Source: a bacterium
GTDB lineage: Bacteria; Desulfobacterota; DSWW01
Assembly: GCA_040756235.1 (NCBI GenBank)
Contig: JBFLZG010000087.1
Location: 32,001 to 96,000 of the forward strand
Length of the DNA stretch: 64,000 nt
Reading direction: 5' to 3'
Both the position numbers and the translations under genes were made by a program. The stretch's first letter is position 1. Each line of letters opens with the position of its first letter. Below, in pieces: positions 56,685 to 64,000 of the stretch. The notes below the pieces were generated by a model. It had not been told where the DNA came from, did no database searches, and saw nothing but the letters and a program-made list of their open reading frames with translations.

Positions 56685-58535
56685 ATGAGTCTGCTCGTAG
56701 ACGAGAGGGATCTGCGATTCGTGCTCTTTGAGCAACTGAAGATCGGGGACTTGGTCAGGGCCGAGGCCTTCCGGGATCACTCGGAAGAAGTCTTTCAGAT
56801 GGTCGTCAGCGAGGCCTATCGGCTGGCCGAGAACGTGCTCGCGCCCGCGAACGTGGACGGAGACCGCATCGGAGCGCAGTTCGCCGCCGGGGAGGTGAAG
56901 CTCCCGGATTCCTATCATGCCTGCTATCGGGCCGCCTGTGAGGGCGGCTGGATCTGCCCGGCCGATTCGGTCGAGGTCGGCGGCCAGGGGCTGCCGACCT
57001 CCCTGGCGACCGCAGCCTATGAGGTCTTCCTGGCAGCCAACGTGGCCTTCGTGCTCTATCTTACGCTCAACCACGGGGCCGGAAAGATCATCGAGAGACA
57101 CGGCACGGCGGAACAGAAGGCCCGCTATCTGGAGAAACTGTACACGGGACAGTGGGCCGGCACCATGTGCCTGACGGAACCCGGCGCGGGGAGCGACCTG
57201 GGAGCCCTGAAGAGTCGGGCGATCCGCAAGCCAGACGGCACCTATCTGATCGAAGGGGTCAAGCAGTTCATCACTGCCGGAGACCACGATCTGACCGAGA
57301 ACATCATCTATCCGGTGCTGGCTCGCATCGAAGGGGACCCGGCCGGCAGCAAGGGGATTTCCCTGTTTCTGGTCTCGAAGTATCACGTACTGCCGGACGG
57401 CTCCCTGGGCGGCCGAAACGACGTCGTCTGTTCCGGGATCGAGCACAAGATGGGAATCCGCGGATCGGCGACCTGCACCCTCAACTTCGGTGAGAACGGC
57501 CGGTGCGTGGGCGAGCTGATCGGTGCGGAGCGGCAGGGCCTGCCGATCATGTTCGTCATGATGAACGAGGAAAGGCTCAACGTGGGGCTCCAGGGGCAGG
57601 CGATCGGGGCCACCGCCTACCTCTACGCCCTCAAGTTCGCGCGGGAGCGGGTGCAGGGCACCCGGATCGCCGACGGGAAAGGGGCCGAGCCGGCGCAGGT
57701 GGCGATCATCGAACACCCGGACGTGCGCAGGATGCTCTTGTGGATGAAGGCCTACGTGGAAGGGATCCGCGCGCTCCTCTATTACACGGGCTATTGCATC
57801 GACCGGGAGCACGCGGCCACCGCCGAAAAGGAAAAGGTGCGTTGGTCTTCCATCGTCGAGCTGTTGACCCCGATCTGCAAGGCCTACGCGAGCGACATGT
57901 CCTATGACGTCTGCGAGCAAGCCATTCAGGTGCACGGCGGCTACGGCTATTGCTCGGAATACCCGGTCGAGCAGTTCGCCCGGGACTGCAAGATCGCTTC
58001 CATTTACGAGGGCACGAACGGCATCCAGGCCCTCGACCTCCTGACCCGCAAGATCCTGCGCTCCAAGGGCCAGACGGTCCAGTGGCTGTTCGAGGAGATG
58101 ATGCCCATAGTGGAGCGCCTCCGTTCTCATGGCGTTCTGGGTCCCTACGCTCAAGTCGTGGAAAAGAGCTTCGGGTGGCTCAGGGACGCCATGCAGCACC
58201 TGGGCGCCCTGATTGGAAAGGGCCAATTGGGTGCCGGCTTCCTCGAGGCGACGCCGCTGCTCGAGGTGTTCGGCGACGTTCTCACGGGCTGGCTCCTGCT
58301 GTGGCAGGCCGAGATCGCCCAGGCTCGGTACGGCGCGGTCCTCGAGGAGGCCGCGAAGGACGGGACGAACGAATCCGAGCTCATCGAGCGGAATCCGCAG
58401 GCAGCGTTTCTGAAAGGGAAAGTGGCGACCGCCAAGTTCTACATCGGCCGGCTCCTGCCGATCACGGAAAGCAAGGTCTCGGCCCTGAAGCGGGTGGAAA
58501 CGGCTCCCCTGGACATCCCGGACGCCTGCTTCTGA
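56685..58535 (+). CDS. Acyl-CoA dehydrogenase (long, ~600 aa type)
   Basis: MCLTEPGAGSDLG, K.FITAG, IEHKMGIRGSATC, QVHGGYGY and IYEGTNGIQ. Confidence 0.95.
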   Translation: MSLLVDERDLRFVLFEQLKIGDLVRAEAFRDHSEEVFQMVVSEAYRLAENVLAPANVDGDRIGAQFAAGEVKLPDSYHACYRAACEGGWICPADSVEVGGQGLPTSLATAAYEVFLAANVAFVLYLTLNHGAGKIIERHGTAEQKARYLEKLYTGQWAGTMCLTEPGAGSDLGALKSRAIRKPDGTYLIEGVKQFITAGDHDLTENIIYPVLARIEGDPAGSKGISLFLVSKYHVLPDGSLGGRNDVVCSGIEHKMGIRGSATCTLNFGENGRCVGELIGAERQGLPIMFVMMNEERLNVGLQGQAIGATAYLYALKFARERVQGTRIADGKGAEPAQVAIIEHPDVRRMLLWMKAYVEGIRALLYYTGYCIDREHAATAEKEKVRWSSIVELLTPICKAYASDMSYDVCEQAIQVHGGYGYCSEYPVEQFARDCKIASIYEGTNGIQALDLLTRKILRSKGQTVQWLFEEMMPIVERLRSHGVLGPYAQVVEKSFGWLRDAMQHLGALIGKGQLGAGFLEATPLLEVFGDVLTGWLLLWQAEIAQARYGAVLEEAAKDGTNESELIERNPQAAFLKGKVATAKFYIGRLLPITESKVSALKRVETAPLDIPDACF

Positions 58536-58568
58536 TCGCGGCCGGATCTGTCAAGAATTCGGCTCCCG

Positions 58569-58691
58569 GAGGCTGTTCAGAAATGCCCAGACGCAAGGCC
58601 CACGAAATCCCGAGGAATGAGGCGTACAGGCCAGTACGCCGCAATGGAGGGATGAGTGCGACGCCGCAGATGGGCGTTTATGGACAGCCTC
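58569..58691. repeat. Repeat family B copy between convergent genes
   Basis: GAGGCTGTTCAGAAATGCCCAG...ATGGGCGTTTATGGACAGCCTC. Confidence 0.9.
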
Positions 58692-59664
58692 CGCTGAACC
58701 ATCTCTCCAGCCAGGCCGCAGGCCTGAGATGATTCTTCATCTCCTCGGTGAGCCTGGGCACTGCGAGCCACTGCCCCTTGGCCAGAGCGATGGGTGAGAG
58801 GTCGGTCCCGCCGAGAGGCACGATACCGCCGGCTGCATACCAGAAGAGCCGCTCCGGAGACCTGCCTCGAACGGCCGTGCACGCCGCGAAGCAGATCATC
58901 CTCTCTCCGATCTCCACCCGCCGCAGGAAGTCGATGTCCAGCTTGACGGTGATCCCTCCCTGCCGCGTGGCCAGGAACCCGCTCCACCCCAAGGTCTCGT
59001 CCAGCACGGAGGCCAGCGCGCCCGGGTGCAGCTCCTGATCGGAGAGGCGGAACCAGAAGAGCCTGGATTCGTCCTCCGGGTCGATGCCCATGGAGGTGAA
59101 GACGATCCGGGATGTTTCGTCTTCCAGGCAGTAGAACCTCCTGCCGAGCCCTGGGTGGGATCTCTCGTTGCCGCAAACAAAACACTGGCTTGCGTAGGGC
59201 AGAGGGATGACTTTGTCCCTGGCGTCCCTGCCGAGCGCCTCCATCATGTGCAGGACGGGATCCATCTCTTCCAGGCTGCATCGGGCCGGGCCGGAGTCGA
59301 TCGCGGCCGTAAGGGAAGGAGAGGCCGCATCCGGTCTCGTGACGGAGGCGCGAATGGCTCCTGCCTCCTTCCGGGTACGGATGCGGACGAGGTCGCCGAG
59401 GAAGAGCCCGGGCCCTCCCCAGCGAAAGGAGGCGCGGATGGCATCCTCGGGTTTCCAGAACACGGGGTCGTCGAATCCGTGGTGGACCGTGTCGAGGATG
59501 GCTGACATCAGGATGCCGCCGTGGGGCAGCTCGAGCCATCCTTGATGGCGGGCGTCCAACGGCAGGATTACGCTCCTTCCGTCCGGCATCGAATCCACGG
59601 AATCCGGGGTCAGGAACCCGCCGGGGCCGCATGCGGTGCATCCGTTTCGATGATCTGATGACAT
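58678..59664 (-). CDS. Double hotdog-fold (PaaI-like) thioesterase
   Basis: Two repeats: CTACG...HQGW...HGGI...LD and CFVCG...HPG....LDE; start uncertain (ORF open to 59784). Confidence 0.75.
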   Translation of the reverse strand: MSSDHRNGCTACGPGGFLTPDSVDSMPDGRSVILPLDARHQGWLELPHGGILMSAILDTVHHGFDDPVFWKPEDAIRASFRWGGPGLFLGDLVRIRTRKEAGAIRASVTRPDAASPSLTAAIDSGPARCSLEEMDPVLHMMEALGRDARDKVIPLPYASQCFVCGNERSHPGLGRRFYCLEDETSRIVFTSMGIDPEDESRLFWFRLSDQELHPGALASVLDETLGWSGFLATRQGGITVKLDIDFLRRVEIGERMICFAACTAVRGRSPERLFWYAAGGIVPLGGTDLSPIALAKGQWLAVPRLTEEMKNHLRPAAWLERWFSGGCP

Positions 59665-59907
59665 GATTCGCTTTCCATCACGCTGGGGTTGGCGGGCAGG
59701 CTGAAACCCGACGCCGGAAAGCGGATTCAAAGCTTCTACAAACCCGCTTCCGTTCCGGTTGCTTGATTCACCTTTGAGGACCATCTATTTTCGATCCGAG
59801 CTTCATTCGTGGCATCTGGGTCATGAGGTGCCTCGCAGCTTCGACCCCGGAGCGGCGCTCGAGAAGGGGATCCGACCCCGGTACGGACACAGAAGGAGAG
59901 CAGGGAC

Positions 59908-61566
59908 ATGGAGAGACCTTATTCGATCAGCCCCGATGGGGAGAGGTTCCCCCTACCGACCGAAGACGATTATTCCAGGGAGTGGGAAAGGCTGCAAGGG
60001 CTGGCAGCGGAGCAGAGGCGCCTGGGCCGCCAGATCGTGGTCGTCGTGGGCATCGGCTTCGTCGGAGTGGTCATGGCTGCCGTGGTCGCCGACAGCGAAG
60101 ATGAGGAGGGGCGGCCCCGGAAATTTGTCCTGGGCATGCAGCGACCCAGCGCGAGGAGTTATTGGAAGATCCCGCTCTTGAACCGGGGCCTCTCGCCCGT
60201 GACCTCGGAAGATCCCCAGGTGGAGATTCTCATCCGGCGCTGCGTGCAGGAGAAGAAGACACTGCTGGGAACCTTCACTTATGAAGCCCTGCGGCTGGCT
60301 GACGTTGTCGTGGTGGACGTTCAGTGTGATTACACGAAGGAGGCTCTCGGTAACCTGCGGACGGGCAGCGTGGAGATGAAAGAGCTGGAGAAGGCCTTCG
60401 AGGTCATCGGCGAGAAGATTCCCCCCGAGGCGCTGGTGCTGATCGAGACCACGGTCGCTCCGGGCACCACGGAACAGGTCGCTTACCCGATCATCCGCAA
60501 GGCTTTCCGCAAGAGAGGGATCGCCGGAGAACCTCTTCTGGCGCACAGCTACGAGCGCGTGATGCCGGGGCGGCAATACGTGGACAGCGTCCGCAATTTC
60601 TGGAGAGTCTGCAGCGGGATCAACGACGAAGCCAAGCGACGGGTGACGGAGTTCCTCGATCAGGTGCTCAATACGCGGGAGTTTCCGCTCACGGTCCTCG
60701 ACCGGCCGGTGGAGAGCGAGACGGCCAAGATCGTCGAGAACAGCTTCCGGGCCACCCTCCTGGCTTTCATGGACGAGTGGTCTACGTTCGCGGAGCGCAA
60801 CGGGGTCGACATCATCAAAGTGATCGAAGCCATCAAGGTACGTCCGACGCACAAGAGCATCCTGTTCCCCGGACCCGGCATCGGGGGCTACTGCCTTCCC
60901 AAAGACGGCGGCCTGGGGATGTGGTCCTACAAACACATCTTCGGTTTCGAGGATTCGATCTTCAAGATCACCCCCGCGGCGATCGACATCAATGACACCC
61001 GGGCCCTGCACGTGGCCCAGCTCGTGCGGGATGCCCTGCGCAACATGAACCGCCCCCTGGCCGCTGCCGAAGTGCTCCTGCTCGGCGCTTCCTACCGTGA
61101 GGACGTGGGGGACACCCGCTACAGCGGTTCCGAGCTGGTGGTCCGCAAGCTGGCGGAGATGGGCGCGGAGCTCAGGGTCCACGATCCCTACGTGACGCAC
61201 TGGTGGGAGTTCGAGAAACAGGAGGAGTATCCCAGGCTGGGGTACAGTTGGGCCCGCTTCTTCCGCAATCAGGAGAAGCTCCGGCACATCCGCCTTTCCA
61301 ACGATCTCCAGGCGTCCTTTCGCGACGTGGATGCCGTCGTTTTTGCCGTGCGCCATCAGCCTTATCTCCACCTGGACCCCGACGAAGTCGTCGGCTGGGC
61401 GGGCAAGCCCATGGCCGTGATCGACTGCTTCGGCATTCTCGACGATCGCCAGATCCGGCGCTACTTCGAGCTGGGCTGCGAGGTGAAAGGCTTGGGGAGG
61501 GGACACGTGAAGCGCATCAAGGACAGCGTGCGGGACGCAAAGGAAAGGGGGGGCGCCCGCCAGTAG
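59908..61566 (+). CDS. UDP-glucose/GDP-mannose dehydrogenase family nucleotide-sugar dehydrogenase
   Basis: VGIGFVG, ETTVAPGTT, SETAKIVEN, GIGGYCLPKD (catalytic Cys) and YREDVGDTR. Confidence 0.92.
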   Translation: MERPYSISPDGERFPLPTEDDYSREWERLQGLAAEQRRLGRQIVVVVGIGFVGVVMAAVVADSEDEEGRPRKFVLGMQRPSARSYWKIPLLNRGLSPVTSEDPQVEILIRRCVQEKKTLLGTFTYEALRLADVVVVDVQCDYTKEALGNLRTGSVEMKELEKAFEVIGEKIPPEALVLIETTVAPGTTEQVAYPIIRKAFRKRGIAGEPLLAHSYERVMPGRQYVDSVRNFWRVCSGINDEAKRRVTEFLDQVLNTREFPLTVLDRPVESETAKIVENSFRATLLAFMDEWSTFAERNGVDIIKVIEAIKVRPTHKSILFPGPGIGGYCLPKDGGLGMWSYKHIFGFEDSIFKITPAAIDINDTRALHVAQLVRDALRNMNRPLAAAEVLLLGASYREDVGDTRYSGSELVVRKLAEMGAELRVHDPYVTHWWEFEKQEEYPRLGYSWARFFRNQEKLRHIRLSNDLQASFRDVDAVVFAVRHQPYLHLDPDEVVGWAGKPMAVIDCFGILDDRQIRRYFELGCEVKGLGRGHVKRIKDSVRDAKERGGARQ

Positions 61567-61783
61567 GAGCCTTCCGCCGTTCCAAGCGGGGGGCGTGCCA
61601 ACCGACGGGCCAAGAGCGTTGATGTCGCGAGCGAGCCCGTGAAGACTCGGTAGGGTGGAGAAAGCCGCAGGCGTGCCCACCAGAAGCGGAACACCCCGGG
61701 CAGTAGGATTGAGCACGGTGGGTGCCCCGCTTCGATCGTCTCGGGCTGAAGCCCCTGCAACGCCCCGGGACCCTCTATTTTCC

Positions 61784-61881
61784 GTCACCCGGCCAAAGCC
61801 GGAGTCCAGAGCCTCCGGTCGTGCTTTGGGCCACCTTCTGGATCCCGGCTCCCACGCGCTGCGCACATGGGCCGGGATGAC
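61784..61881. repeat. Repeat family A, copy 3
   Basis: GTCACCCGGCCAAAGCCGGAGTCCAG...CCTTCTGGATCCCGGCTCCCACGCGCTGCGCACATGGGCCGGGATGAC. Confidence 0.88.
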
Positions 61882-62101
61882 AAATCGACTCGCCCTCGTG
61901 GGGCAAGGAGGCGGGGAGCCTGCCCCGGCGAAAGCCGGGGGCGGAACACCCACCGCCCTCCTCACCGGATCCCGGTAGGGTGCGAGCACGGCGATCCGAA
62001 GATCCGGGCGGAGAGCCCGGTTTGTCTTTTCGGCCTGCGTGCGCCTAAGATGCCCGCATGACTTCCCGCTTCGGGGCGTTGTCTGCCCGGTCTCTGAAAC
62101 G

Positions 62102-64000
62102 GTGGCCTCCGTGCCTGGGTTGCTTCTCGCGCTCGCAATGGGAGCACTGGGCGTCACTTTCGTGATCGCCCAGGTGCTCGGGTTCCGCGAGTTTCTGCTG
62201 GTATCCCAGGGGAACGAGCTCTCCATCGGAATCGTGTTGAGCATCTGGCTGGCCGCCGCGGCCCTGGGCTGCGCGATCGCCGCCAGGGGCTCGGACCGCT
62301 CCCAACGTCCGCTCGAAGTCTTCGTCTTGCTGCAGGTGCTTGCCTCGGCCGTGCTCCCGCTTGCGCTCGTTCTGATCCGGACGAGCCGGCAGATAGGGGG
62401 TTCCTCTTCCTGGGAAGCGGCCGACCTTCTGCAGATCATGTGGACCTCCCTGCTGCTGCTCGGTCCGGTCGCGGCGCTCGGCGGGGCTCTGTTCACTTAC
62501 GGTTGCCGCCTGCTGGTACAGGCAGACCGAAACGGCGGGGCCGGGGTCGCCTACATGTCCGAGGCGCTCGGTGGTGTCATCGGTGGGGGTCTCTTCAGCC
62601 TCTGGTGGATCGATCGCCTCGAGCCGATCGAGATCGCCCTCTCCGTGGGAATCCTCTGTCTCCTGTCATCGATGCTGCTCCTGACCCTCGATCCGTCCGC
62701 CAGCCGGTGCGGCTCCCGGCGCAGCCTGATCTGCCTGGCATCGGGTTCTCTGGTTGTCCTTTCCGGGGCGTGGATTTCCCCTGTGGCGGATCGCATCCAC
62801 ACCTGGGCCACTCGGGTGCGATGGAGCCCTCTGGAGCTCGTCGAAAGCACGGAGTCGGTTTACGGGAACATCACGGTGCTCAGACTGGACGGGCAGACGA
62901 CCTTTGCGCAGAACGGAATCCCTTCCATCTCGACTCCTGTGCCGAACTGGGCCGGCATCGAGGAACGGGTCCACCTGCCGTTACTCGCCCTCGAGGACCC
63001 GAAAGACGTCCTCATGGTCGGCGGCGGTCTCGGCGGCGGTCTGGCCGAAGCGCTGAAGCACCCGCTGCAAAGCCTCGTGTACGTGGAATTGGATCCCAAG
63101 TTGATCCGCGCGGTCGAGAAGCACGGCGGGCCTCTGGTCGAATCGGAGCTCGGCGACCCGCGCACCCGGGTGGTTTACCAGGACGGGCGCTTCTTCGTAC
63201 GGGAGAGCCGCGAGCGCTTCGATGCGATCCTGGTCCTGCTCCCGGACCCGTCGACGCTGCAGTTGAACCGATTTTTCACGGTCGAATTCTTCCAGGCCGC
63301 GAGGGCTCATCTCAAGGCCGGCGGCATCTTCGCCTTTTCCCTGCCCGGCTCTTCATCGTACCTCGGTCGGGAAGCGCTTCTGGTGAACCGGTGCGTCCGG
63401 GACAGCCTCGCGCGGGCCTTCCCCTTCGTTCGCATCCTCCCGGGTGAACGGAATGCTTTTCTCGCTTCCGCAGATCGGGAACTGAGCACCCTGGCGCCGC
63501 CTCTGCTCGCGGACCGAATCGAGGCGCGCCGCCTCGAGCTGCGCGCGCTGGGCCCCGCCTCTCTCTCTTATCTGATGGACCCGTTGCGCGAGCAGTGGAT
63601 TCAGGAGGGGCTCGAGTCGATCGGGGCCGGCGCCGCTCGCGTCAACCGGGACTTCTTTCCCATCCTCACCCGCCACTTCACGGCCCTGCAGCAGGCGGAG
63701 CTGCGGAGCAGGCCCGGTGAACGCCTTCTCCTGCCGGAGGGGTTGGCCTCGAAAGCGGCTCTGGCCGGGGCTGCGGTCCTGAGCGTTGCCCTGCTGTCGT
63801 GGATGCTCGTGCGGAAGGGACGCAGAGGGCCGGCCCTCTCGTTTGCCATCTTCACCAGCGGTCTTGCCGGCATGGCCGTGGAGATGGTCGGCTTGCTCTC
63901 GTTTCAGTCCGTCTGCGGGTATCTCTACCACTGGCTCGGGCTGCTCGTCGCCGGCTTCATGGCCGGGCTTGCAGTGGGAGCCGAAGCCATGAACCGGCGG
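62102..64000 (+). CDS. Membrane-bound spermidine-synthase-like protein (TM domain, SAM-binding domain, TM domain); partial
   Basis: Absent from the ORF track, presumably because it has no stop in the window. Manual translation gives MGALGVTFVIAQVLGFREFLLVSQGNELSIGIVLSIWL..., later VLMVGGGLGGGLAEALKHP...VYVELDP, DGRFFV and PDPSTLQLNRFFTVEFF. Start GTG 62102/62111 or ATG 62138. Confidence 0.85.
   Translation, partial: MASVPGLLLALAMGALGVTFVIAQVLGFREFLLVSQGNELSIGIVLSIWLAAAALGCAIAARGSDRSQRPLEVFVLLQVLASAVLPLALVLIRTSRQIGGSSSWEAADLLQIMWTSLLLLGPVAALGGALFTYGCRLLVQADRNGGAGVAYMSEALGGVIGGGLFSLWWIDRLEPIEIALSVGILCLLSSMLLLTLDPSASRCGSRRSLICLASGSLVVLSGAWISPVADRIHTWATRVRWSPLELVESTESVYGNITVLRLDGQTTFAQNGIPSISTPVPNWAGIEERVHLPLLALEDPKDVLMVGGGLGGGLAEALKHPLQSLVYVELDPKLIRAVEKHGGPLVESELGDPRTRVVYQDGRFFVRESRERFDAILVLLPDPSTLQLNRFFTVEFFQAARAHLKAGGIFAFSLPGSSSYLGREALLVNRCVRDSLARAFPFVRILPGERNAFLASADRELSTLAPPLLADRIEARRLELRALGPASLSYLMDPLREQWIQEGLESIGAGAARVNRDFFPILTRHFTALQQAELRSRPGERLLLPEGLASKAALAGAAVLSVALLSWMLVRKGRRGPALSFAIFTSGLAGMAVEMVGLLSFQSVCGYLYHWLGLLVAGFMAGLAVGAEAMNRR

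Overview
High-GC bacterial chromosomal DNA. Gene content (exosortase/PEP-CTERM system, NrdJ, PSP1 protein, corrinoid methyltransferase module) suggests a Desulfobacterota/deltaproteobacterium-like organism; this is an inference, not a classification. Bases ~2.2-37.1 kb form one minus-strand Wzx/Wzy-type exopolysaccharide locus linked to an exosortase. It contains wza, a chain-length regulator, a tyrosine kinase, a priming sugar transferase, ACP, an RfaH/NusG paralogue, FemAB-like, exosortase, EpsI, several glycosyltransferases, a flippase, a ligase/polymerase, many tailoring enzymes, two secreted glycanase-like proteins and a TPR lipoprotein, with a PEP-CTERM gene just upstream. Bases 38.9-48 kb are mostly housekeeping (nifU-like, nrdJ with NrdR boxes, tmk, holB, PSP1, tatD, SDR, ROK kinase). 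Bases 48.4-64 kb hold a MerR-HTH / ParA-CBM48 / degenerate MinD-like trio, a corrinoid methyltransferase module, a molybdopterin oxidoreductase, an acyl-CoA dehydrogenase, a hotdog thioesterase, a nucleotide-sugar dehydrogenase and a partial membrane spermidine-synthase-like gene. Three families of short palindromic repeats are scattered and nested in intergenic DNA. The two best candidates for undescribed systems are (1) a ParA ATPase fused to a glycogen-binding module with a pseudo-ATPase partner, possibly positioning glycogen granules, and (2) a secreted Fn3 domain whose first strand appears moved to the C-terminus, plus a beta-helix enzyme ending in the same kind of orphan strand, possibly donor-strand assembly. 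All calls are from motif reading by eye; no searches were run. Several start codons were re-chosen from RBS position and are uncertain. No rRNA, tRNA, CRISPR array or transposase was seen.
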